A stretch of 43,621 bases of DNA. Origin: an uncultured Bacillota bacterium. GTDB taxonomy: Bacteria > Bacillota > Clostridia > Christensenellales > Borkfalkiaceae. Positions 9,811-16,248 of this stretch are shown in pieces; the first letter of the stretch is position 1; each line of letters starts with the position of its first letter. Under the pieces are notes generated by a model. That model did no database searches, had not been told where the DNA came from, and worked only from the letters and a program-made list of their open reading frames with translations. The stretch spans positions 1-43,621 of the forward strand of contig CASDPM010000108.1 of NCBI GenBank assembly GCA_949282465.1, in the 5' to 3' direction. The position numbers and the translations under genes were made by a program.

Positions 9811-10884
9811 ATGCGAGTTTATAACTTTGCAGCAGGTCCTTCCACACTTCCCCTTCCCGTTCTCGAACAGGCTCAAAAGGAACTTCTCGATTTTAACGGT
9901 ACGGGTATGAGCGTTATTGAAATGAGCCACAGAAGTAAACCCTTCATGGCTGTCAATGACGAAGCGAACGCTCTTCTTCGCGAACTTATGGGTATTCCCG
10001 ACGATTATTCGGTACTCTTCGTTCAAGGTGGCGCTACCCAACAGTTTGCCGCTGTTCCGCTTAACCTTTTGGTAAACGGTAAGGCCGACTATATTCTTAC
10101 GGGTAACTTTGCATCCAAAGCGTATGAAGAAGGCCTTAAATACGGTGATATGGCTATTGCCGCTTCTTCAAAAGAAGCAAAGTATACCTACATCCCCGAT
10201 ATGAAAGACGTTAAGTTTAGGGATGGTATCGACTACGTTCACACCACTTACAACAACACCATTTTTGGAACGCGTTACACCGAACTTCCTAAAACCGACG
10301 CTACGCTCGTTACCGATATGAGTTCTTGTATTTTAAGCGAAGTTGTTGACGTTAAAAAATTCGGTTTAATTTACGCAGGCGCACAAAAAAATATTGCACC
10401 CGCAGGGCTTACTATCGTTATCGTTAGAAAAGATTTACTAGGCAAGGCTTCGCCCGTTTGCCCCGTTATGCTTAACTACGCTATACACGATAAGAATGAC
10501 AGTCTTTACAACACGCCCCCGTGTTTCCCCATCTATATGTCTCTTTTAGTTTTCAGATGGCTTAAATCGTTGGGCGGTGTTCCCGTTATTCAAAAGATTA
10601 ACGAAGAAAAGGCTAAAATGCTTTACGATTTTATTGATAATTCCTCTTTCTATACCAACAAAGTTAACAAGAAAGATCGTTCTATCATGAACGTTCCGTT
10701 CGTTTCACCTAGCGAAGAACTCGACGCTAAATTCGTTGCAGAAGCAACCAAAGCAGGTCTTGTTTCGCTTAAAGGACACAGAGTTACGGGCGGTATGAGA
10801 GCATCTATATACAACGCTATGCCTATCGAAGGCGTTAAAGCGCTTATTGATTTTATGAAGAAGTTTGAAATGGAGAACAAATAA
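9811..10884 (+). CDS. serC: phosphoserine aminotransferase
   Basis: 357 aa. N-terminus MRVYNFAAGPSTLP is typical of SerC. AAGGAG SD. Stop overlaps the serA start (TAATG). Confidence 0.9.
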   Translation: MRVYNFAAGPSTLPLPVLEQAQKELLDFNGTGMSVIEMSHRSKPFMAVNDEANALLRELMGIPDDYSVLFVQGGATQQFAAVPLNLLVNGKADYILTGNFASKAYEEGLKYGDMAIAASSKEAKYTYIPDMKDVKFRDGIDYVHTTYNNTIFGTRYTELPKTDATLVTDMSSCILSEVVDVKKFGLIYAGAQKNIAPAGLTIVIVRKDLLGKASPVCPVMLNYAIHDKNDSLYNTPPCFPIYMSLLVFRWLKSLGGVPVIQKINEEKAKMLYDFIDNSSFYTNKVNKKDRSIMNVPFVSPSEELDAKFVAEATKAGLVSLKGHRVTGGMRASIYNAMPIEGVKALIDFMKKFEMENK

Positions 10885-12050
10885 TGAAAGATATTTTAAC
10901 ACTTAACGCTATTAGTCCCGTTATTAACGACGTTTTTGATTCTACCTATAACGTTGCAAAAGAAGTTACCGCTCCTATCGGTATTATGCTCCGCAGTTTC
11001 AAAATGCACGATTACGTTTTGGACAAAAACACCGTTGCTATTGCAAGAGCGGGCGCAGGCACGAACAATATTCCCGTTGACGAATACGCTAAACAAGGCG
11101 TAGTTGTCTTTAACACCCCCGGCGCTAACGCTAACGCCGTTAAGGAATTAGTAATTACAGGTCTTCTTCTTGGGTCACGTCGCGTAGTTGATTCTATCGA
11201 CTGGGTTAAAACCCTTAAAGGTAAAGGCGAAGAAGTTGGTAAGTTGGTTGAAAAAGGCAAATCGGACTTTGTCGGCGCTGAAATTATGGGTAAAAAATTA
11301 GGCGTTATCGGGCTCGGTGCTATCGGTGCAAAAGTTGCTAACGTTGCTATCGATCTCGGTATGCAAGTTTATGGTTACGACCCCTTCCTTTCGGTTGGTA
11401 ACGCACTTAAACTTTCGTCTAGCGTTAAGGTTGTAAAAGAACTTGAAGACTTAATTAAAACTTGTGATTATATCACTATTCATATTCCGTATATCGCATC
11501 ACAAAATAAAGGGCTTATCAATAGCGGTCTTATAAGAAAAATGAAAGACGGCGTTGTTATTATTAACTGTGCTCGTGGCGAAATCGTTGATAATGAAGAT
11601 ATTATTAAAGCCTGCGAAACGGGCAAGGTTGGCAGATACGTTTGCGACTTCCCTGCCGACGAACTTATCGGCGTTAAGAACGTTATATGTATTCCACACC
11701 TTGGCGCATCTACCCCAGAAGCCGAAGACAACTGCGCTGTTATGGCGGCAAAACAACTTATAGATTATATTGAAAACGGTAACGTTGTAAATAGTGTAAA
11801 CTACCCCAACTGCTCTATGCCTAGAAAAACTGCTTACCGTTTGGTTATTCTCCACAAAAATATTAGCAACATTTTGGCACAAATTACTGGTGTTGTTGGC
11901 AACGAAGGTATCAATATCGAAAACATGTCAAACCAAAGCAAGGGCGAATACGCTATCACTATGCTTGACGTTTCTAAGGAAGTTTCCGATCAAGCAATCA
12001 GCCACATTAGCCAAGTTGAAGGCATTATTAGAGTAAGAGTTATTAAGTAA
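10884..12050 (+). CDS. serA: D-3-phosphoglycerate dehydrogenase with C-terminal ACT-like domain
   Basis: 388 aa. NAD-binding motif GVIGLGAIG, 2-hydroxyacid dehydrogenase layout, and coupling to serC. Confidence 0.9.
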   Translation: MKDILTLNAISPVINDVFDSTYNVAKEVTAPIGIMLRSFKMHDYVLDKNTVAIARAGAGTNNIPVDEYAKQGVVVFNTPGANANAVKELVITGLLLGSRRVVDSIDWVKTLKGKGEEVGKLVEKGKSDFVGAEIMGKKLGVIGLGAIGAKVANVAIDLGMQVYGYDPFLSVGNALKLSSSVKVVKELEDLIKTCDYITIHIPYIASQNKGLINSGLIRKMKDGVVIINCARGEIVDNEDIIKACETGKVGRYVCDFPADELIGVKNVICIPHLGASTPEAEDNCAVMAAKQLIDYIENGNVVNSVNYPNCSMPRKTAYRLVILHKNISNILAQITGVVGNEGINIENMSNQSKGEYAITMLDVSKEVSDQAISHISQVEGIIRVRVIK

Positions 12051-12121
12051 TATATATTGTTTATATAAAAAACGAAAAGGCACCGTTTATAGCGGTAAAC
12101 ATTATAAAATTCTAATAATAC

Positions 12122-12152
12122 AAAAGGCTAACGAAAATTCGTTAGCCTTTTT
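12122..12152. terminator. intrinsic terminator after serA (bidirectional)
   Basis: AAAA-GGCTAACGA-AAAT-TCGTTAGCC-TTTTT. Confidence 0.8.
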
Positions 12153-12278
12153 ACTTTTTTAACTTGCAATCTAGATTGCAAACATATTATTTTTCGCTTA
12201 ATAATTAAATATTTATTTAAACTATTTTTGCCTATGCAATATTGATATTTCGGTCTACAATACTACATAGGCAATCAA

Positions 12279-12509
12279 TTATTCTTTTATATAACCGATA
12301 TTCTGGTCTTTTGAAGAATCGAAAGTTAAATTACATATTGATGCTACAAGGCTATAAATTCCAAACGTTATCATTGAAAGGAAGAAATAAGCAAGACTCC
12401 TAGACCTAAACCCATTTGGTTTTAAACTTGTATGATTAATTATAACACTCCCAATCCACCCCAAGAAAAAAGTAAGTAAAAAACGAACTAAATTATTATT
12501 GTCTTCCAT
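12279..12509 (-). CDS. small hypothetical membrane protein (76 aa from internal start)
   Basis: The track ORF 12279..12593 is over-extended. The ATG at 12509 is preceded by AAAGGAGAC. The product MEDNNNLVRFLLTFFLGWIGSVIINH...FFLSMITFGIYSLVASI has two hydrophobic helices. Confidence 0.6.
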   Translation of the reverse strand: MEDNNNLVRFLLTFFLGWIGSVIINHTSLKPNGFRSRSLAYFFLSMITFGIYSLVASICNLTFDSSKDQNIGYIKE

Positions 12510-12743
12510 CTTAACAAGTCTCCTTTTGTATAAAAAATGCGCCAACCGAAGTCGACGCACCGAAAAACGCAAACTCCGATTGTCGCCAAACAAATTTCAA
12601 GCATACGAAAGGATACCCTAACACAATAACCTGATGGAATTTGCGATTTTACCAAATTCATATAGTTATTGTGTATAACAAAAGAAAGAATAATCCTTTA
12701 TAAAAGAAAATATCCCCGCATTTGCTTATAAAATTTGTTTGGC
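12510..12743 (-). promoter_or_regulatory. long structured 5' leader with terminator/attenuator (candidate cis-regulatory RNA, class unknown)
   Basis: On the minus strand, GCCAAACAAATTT (12743-12731) pairs perfectly with AAATTTGTTTGGC (12597-12585). Nested helices are ACACAATAAC/GTTATTGTGT and GAATTTG/CAAATTC. A GUGCG-U-CGAC-UUCG-GUUG-G-CGCAU hairpin plus U6 (12560-12533) lies just before the SD. Confidence 0.5.
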
Positions 12744-12749
12744 ACAATT

Positions 12750-12778
12750 ATTATAGCAAAAATATATCGCTTTATCAA
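12750..12778 (-). promoter_or_regulatory. sigma-A type promoter for the structured leader / small membrane protein gene
   Basis: Minus strand TTGATA (12778-12773), 17 nt, TATAAT (12755-12750). Confidence 0.6.
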
Positions 12779-12789
12779 TTATTTTATAT

Positions 12790-12818
12790 AAAAAAATCTC
12801 GACTTGTTATAAGCCGAG
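12790..12818 (-). terminator. intrinsic terminator after mazF
   Basis: Minus strand CTCGGCTT-ATAAC-AAGTCGAG (one G-U pair), followed by ATTTTTTT. Confidence 0.65.
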
Positions 12819-12862
12819 TTTAACACATTGTTTTTTGCCATTTAAAAAACTTAGTAACACTT

Positions 12863-13231
12863 TTACATACTCTTTGCGCCGTTCATAAGATCTCCAAAAC
12901 CCAAACTGATTAAAAGCGCAGTATTAACTTTTCGCATCGTTACGGGCGATAACTCGCCGATACGTTCTTTAAGTCTTCTTTTGTCAAGCGTTCTAATTTG
13001 CTCTAAAAGTATTACCGAATCTTTCACAAGCCCAACTTCATTTGCACCTATCTCTATATGGGTCGGTAATTTCGCCTTGTTAAGTCGGCTTGTAATTGCC
13101 GCCGCTATTATCGTCGGACTGTATTTATTACCCGTATCGTTCTGAACGATCAGTATAGGGCGTATTCCACCCTGTTCACTACCTATCACAGGGCTTAAAT
13201 CAGCATAATATAATTCTCCTCTTTTAATCAT
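12863..13231 (-). CDS. mazF: MazF/PemK-family endoribonuclease toxin, EndoA (NdoA) type
   Basis: [61 protein letters not shown]...[16 protein letters not shown] is closely collinear with my recollection of B. subtilis EndoA. The ATG at 13231 is preceded by GGAGAC. The track start at 13267 is probably an over-extension. Confidence 0.9.
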   Translation of the reverse strand: MIKRGELYYADLSPVIGSEQGGIRPILIVQNDTGNKYSPTIIAAAITSRLNKAKLPTHIEIGANEVGLVKDSVILLEQIRTLDKRRLKERIGELSPVTMRKVNTALLISLGFGDLMNGAKSM

Positions 13232-13367
13232 AATGTCTCCGACGTATCCGATATTCCCCATTACCATTTTATGTATTTTTGCATTTATGGGTTACAAGAT
13301 ACTTTAATATGATTTTTCCCCTTGACGATTATTTTATACACTAATTTATTTTTTGCCCCTTCTATAA

Positions 13368-13396
13368 TTGACACCGTTTTACTTTTGTAGTAAAAT
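13368..13396 (+). promoter_or_regulatory. sigma-A promoter driving the tRNA-Arg(CCU) composite transcript
   Basis: TTGACA (13368-13373), 17 nt, TAAAAT (13391-13396). Confidence 0.65.
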
Positions 13397-13424
13397 ATCT
13401 TTACGAAATAATTTGTAATTATTT

Positions 13425-13468
13425 ATAAATTCTCAACCAACTACATATAAATTCTCAACCAACTACAT
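13425..13468 (+). repeat. 22-bp direct tandem repeat ATAAATTCTCAACCAACTACAT x2
   Basis: Exact copies at 13425-13446 and 13447-13468. The 3' part (AACCAACTACAT) is also the start of each 112-nt unit. Confidence 0.9.
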
Positions 13469-13680
13469 TTTGGTTCCATAGTTAAACGGATATGTCGGAC
13501 AAGCCGACGGCGTTCGCAATCATTGATTGCTCGGCTAAACACTTGTTATCTCCGTTTAACTTTAACCTAACCAACTACATTTTGGTTCCATAGTTAAACG
13601 GATATGTCGGACAAGCCGACGGCGGTCGCAATCTTTGATTGCTCGGCTAAACACTTGTTATCTCCGTTTAACTTTAACCT
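13457..13680 (+). repeat. two 112-nt tandem units (110/112 identical), each made of the tRNA-Arg 5' segment plus a fold-back hairpin
   Basis: Units span 13457-13568 and 13569-13680. They differ only at 13513/13625 and 13522/13634. A third unit start (13681) runs into the real tRNA. Confidence 0.95.
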
Positions 13681-13695
13681 AACCAACTACATTTT

Positions 13696-13770
13696 GGTTC
13701 CATAGTTAAACGGATATAACAAGCCCCTCCTAAGGGCTAGTTCGGGGTTCGATTCCCTGTGGGACCGCCA
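13696..13770 (+). tRNA. tRNA-Arg (anticodon CCT), CCA encoded
   Basis: Manual cloverleaf: acceptor GGTTCCA/TGGGACC, D arm GTTA-AACGGATA-TAAC, anticodon arm AGCCC-CTCCTAA-GGGCT, variable AGTT, T arm CGGGG-TTCGATT-CCCTG, discriminator G, CCA. 75 nt. Confidence 0.85.
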
Positions 13771-13792
13771 AAAAAGTTTTCTTTGACCCCAT

Positions 13793-13882
13793 CGGGGTTC
13801 GATCACATAGCGGTGGACCGCAACCCTTTTGTTGCAAAAGCAACATTTCCCCTATTAGGGGAATCACCCTGTGGGTACGCCA
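13793..13882 (+). repeat. element X copy 1: 90-nt tRNA-3'-end-derived structured segment
   Basis: CGGGGTTCGAT + 63-nt insert (hairpins GCGG-TGGA-CCGC, GTTGC-AAAA-GCAAC, TTCCCC-TATTA-GGGGAA) + CCCTGTGGGTACGCCA. 85/90 identical to 32883-32972. Confidence 0.9.
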
Positions 13883-13883
13883 A

Positions 13884-13913
13884 AGACCACAAGATATTGT
13901 GGTCTTTTTTTTT
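13884..13913 (+). terminator. intrinsic terminator ending the tRNA-Arg / element X transcript
   Basis: AGACCACAA-GATA-TTGTGGTCT followed by T9. Confidence 0.85.
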
Positions 13914-13952
13914 ATTTTTGACTGTATATTGATTACGTTTAGCGTTTTACAT

Positions 13953-14177
13953 TTATACTTCATTTATACTTTCTGTTTTTTTACTGCTTTTCTTACGTTT
14001 TAATCTTCTAATTTTATAGTTTGTTTTTCTAAAAAATTCTTCTATAACGATTTCAAGCTGATAATAGTTGATTATCCATCTATTTCCATAATTATAAGTA
14101 AATACTCGTTTGTCTTTCAGAAAACGTTCTACGGTGTGTTTATCAATGATTTGACTAAACCGTCTACGTTTGTTGTT
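13953..14177 (-). pseudogene. 5'-truncated excisionase/MerR-like HTH (Xis-type) gene remnant
   Basis: A 74-codon open frame bounded upstream by TGA, with no ATG/GTG/TTG: NNKRRRFSQIIDKHTVERFLKDKRVFTYNYGNRWIINYYQLEIVIEEFF...; the G-x-RW-I...LE pattern is typical of phage/ICE excisionase-type HTH proteins. It abuts palindromic repeat A. Confidence 0.5.
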
Positions 14178-14188
14178 TCACATACGAA

Positions 14189-14234
14189 TGAAATGCACCC
14201 CCAAAAGTTAGACACTTTTAGGAGGTGCATTTCA
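14189..14234. repeat. palindromic repeat element, copy A (46 bp)
   Basis: TGAAATGCACCCCC-AAAAGTTAGACACTTTTA-GGAGGTGCATTTCA. It is the reverse complement (with small indels) of 36049-36092. A degenerate half copy lies at 14275-14298. Confidence 0.85.
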
Positions 14235-14410
14235 AAATACCGAACTCAATTCCAATACATTTAATTTAATTTTTTGTCTAAACTTTTGGGTTCACATCAA
14301 AAGGGATTTTTTATTTTTTTTGTTTTTTTCAATTTTTTTTCACGCTTTTAATGCTTTTTTTGTAAAAATAATGTAAAATATATAATAAGAGTTATATAAA
14401 AGGTTTGGTT

Positions 14411-15154
14411 ATGTTCGATACTTATTCTTTCACGCAAAAAAGAGAAAATAAATTTGTTATAAACCCGCACGTCCATGACAAATACGAATTCGTTTACTTT
14501 TTCAGCGGTAAAGGAACGATTAAATATATGAATAATGTGTTCGACTTTGCGGAACGTTCTTATTTTGTGATGGAACCCAACGTGTCTCACTGTCATTTTT
14601 ATTCAGAACAAAGCAACTGCCTTATCATCTGGTTCAAGCCGAACGAACAGATAAAACTGAAATCAACGGCGAAAAACGATTTACAGTTCGAAATAAGCAC
14701 CTTATGCCAGAAAATCAGGGATGAACTGGAGAGTAAAGCTTTAAATTTCGATAAAATGGCAAATGCGCTTGCGAATGAAATCATTTTTCATCTCATACGC
14801 GAACAAGACAAAAAAGAAGAAAACAATAATTATATTCTGAAAAATACCATAACATATATAGACGAATATTATATGACGCCGTTAAGGATAACCGATTTAG
14901 CAGATTCGTGCGGATATGCGGTCGACCATTACAGAGTGCTTTTTAAAAAAGAAACCGGCAAGTCGCCTAAGGATTATATAATGACCAAAAGGCAGAATCT
15001 TGCCGCTAAACTTTTGACCGAAACAAACATGACCGTCAGCGAAATTTGTTATTACTGCGGATTCGAATATGAATCGCATTTTTCGCGCTCTTTTAAAGAG
15101 AAATTTAAGGTAAGCCCGTTGCAATACCGGAAGAATACGCAACGGGACTTATAA
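14411..15154 (+). CDS. AraC family transcriptional regulator (cupin-like N-domain + HTH)
   Basis: The track ORF begins at a TTG (14405); the ATG at 14411 was chosen instead. The C-terminal AraC HTH region (ITDLADSCGYAVDHYRVLFKKETGKSPKDY... FSRSFKEKFKVSPLQYR) is typical. Confidence 0.9.
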   Translation: MFDTYSFTQKRENKFVINPHVHDKYEFVYFFSGKGTIKYMNNVFDFAERSYFVMEPNVSHCHFYSEQSNCLIIWFKPNEQIKLKSTAKNDLQFEISTLCQKIRDELESKALNFDKMANALANEIIFHLIREQDKKEENNNYILKNTITYIDEYYMTPLRITDLADSCGYAVDHYRVLFKKETGKSPKDYIMTKRQNLAAKLLTETNMTVSEICYYCGFEYESHFSRSFKEKFKVSPLQYRKNTQRDL

Positions 15155-15168
15155 CAAAATATTAAATT

Positions 15169-16245
15169 TCAGTTAAGTTTGCTGACTATTGTTTTCAATC
15201 TGCTTTCACTGCCGGTAAGTTTTCCTGCAATAATATCGTCTTCGGTTATTTTTGCAAGCAGAATTTCTTTCGCGCTGTCTGTTTCGTGTTGATTACGACT
15301 TCCACGTTCCCTATCGTAAACAATGTAAATATAGCCGTTTTCGCCTTCGACGGCGTCGGGATAAGACACTTTGTTTCTTTCGTCTAACAGCAAGGCAAAA
15401 GGAAAAGTTTTTCCGTCATCTTCGGAAAGCAAAGCCGTCAGATTATTTCTTCCCTTATACTTATAATGGTTTACCAAAAGTATTCTTCCCGATTTTAGCC
15501 TCCCGATAAAAAATCGGGAATTCGGATTCTTTATTCCCGAATCGTAGGGTTCGCTCCAACGGACTCCTCCGTCGTCTGACGTAGCCTTTTCAATATTTTC
15601 GGTTGTTCTTATATAAACTTCGAGAACGCCGTCCCGTCTTTCGAGAAACATATGCTCGTCGTAAGACGGTTTTTTACTTCTTACTCTTCCTTCAGGCTTA
15701 AATCCGTCTTTTCCCTGCTTTACCGCATACGCGCCGTCCGGAATATCGGATTTTTTGATTTTCATCTTTCGACAAACTTTAACGGTTTTTTCGTTAATAT
15801 TGTCCTTCCAGACGGATAACGGATATAAAACGCCGTAAGACGACGCCAAGGGCTTATTCAGCATAACTCCTTCGCCGACCACAAACGGCTCTCCCCACTT
15901 AAGAACGTCTTCCAGCGGGTTTTCGCATATTGCCGCCCAAGTTCTTACCTTTGGCATAGTCGACCAGAAAAGCCATAGTCTCCCTTCCGCATCTATGTAT
16001 AAACACGGATCGAAACACCTTGAAAATCTTCCCGCATATACTGCCGCAACAGGTTCGCCAAACCCTTTCCATTCGTTGCCTCTAAGTAAAACGCAGTAAT
16101 TGCCTAGCTGTTCGTCGTTTCCTCCGCTGTAAAAAACCACGAAAATATCGCCGTTTTTCGTTCTTTCGATACTTGGAATACCCTGCCACTTTCTTTTTGC
16201 CGAACCGAATTTTTTAAGATTTTCGGTATATATTCGCGGTTGCAT
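15169..16245 (-). CDS. cytoplasmic BNR/Asp-box beta-propeller protein (sialidase-fold glycoside hydrolase-like)
   Basis: 358 aa, no signal peptide. Asp-boxes TSDDGGVRWS and SEDDGKTF. No clear F/Y-R-I-P motif; the closest match is QGIPSI. Confidence 0.65.
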   Translation of the reverse strand: MQPRIYTENLKKFGSAKRKWQGIPSIERTKNGDIFVVFYSGGNDEQLGNYCVLLRGNEWKGFGEPVAAVYAGRFSRCFDPCLYIDAEGRLWLFWSTMPKVRTWAAICENPLEDVLKWGEPFVVGEGVMLNKPLASSYGVLYPLSVWKDNINEKTVKVCRKMKIKKSDIPDGAYAVKQGKDGFKPEGRVRSKKPSYDEHMFLERRDGVLEVYIRTTENIEKATSDDGGVRWSEPYDSGIKNPNSRFFIGRLKSGRILLVNHYKYKGRNNLTALLSEDDGKTFPFALLLDERNKVSYPDAVEGENGYIYIVYDRERGSRNQHETDSAKEILLAKITEDDIIAGKLTGSESRLKTIVSKLN

Positions 16246-16248
16246 ATT

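Noticed and set aside
12164-12181. Perfect 18-bp palindrome TTGCAATCTAGATTGCAA after the serA terminator. A related TTATTGCAATAA lies at about 42657-42668.
   Set aside because: It could be an operator or a second terminator stem. With only two loosely related copies and no adjacent regulator, I cannot support a call.
12279-13267. The longer N-terminal extensions given in the ORF track for 12279..12593, 12863..13267, 4973..5266, 20606..20797 and 22726..24423.
   Set aside because: In each case an internal ATG with a strong AGGAG-type SD starts the recognisable protein (MazF MIKRG..., a signal peptide, and so on). The extension would also overlap a leader, a promoter or the upstream gene.
13480-13560. 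Considered an integron attC-like site, because the hairpin contains GTTAAAC (matches GTTRRRY) and GTTTAAC (matches RYYYAAC).
   Set aside because: The two core sites are in the opposite order to a real attC on either strand. They derive from the tRNA D arm and its antisense copy. No intI integrase or cassette array is present.
13457-13717. Considered whether the regularly spaced GGTTCCATAGTTAAACGGATAT copies form a CRISPR array.
   Set aside because: The segments between the repeats are themselves nearly identical (110/112 across whole units), so there are no unique spacers. There are only three copies and no cas genes. This is a tandem duplication, not a CRISPR array.
13793-13882. Considered whether the 63-nt insert in element X is a small self-cleaving ribozyme or a tRNA intron.
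   Set aside because: I see no hammerhead (CUGAUGA...GAAA), twister, pistol, hatchet or HDV-like core. Bacterial tRNA introns are group I, far larger, and sit in the anticodon loop. The question is left open as an unexplained structured insert.
13730-13963. 77-aa minus-strand ORF from the track, together with 42872..43144, 43259..43486 and 36053..36397.
   Set aside because: These frames read straight through tRNA genes, element X or palindromic repeat B (translations such as GIEPRTSP and GFEPLT are typical of antisense tRNA). They have no SD and no coding-like composition.
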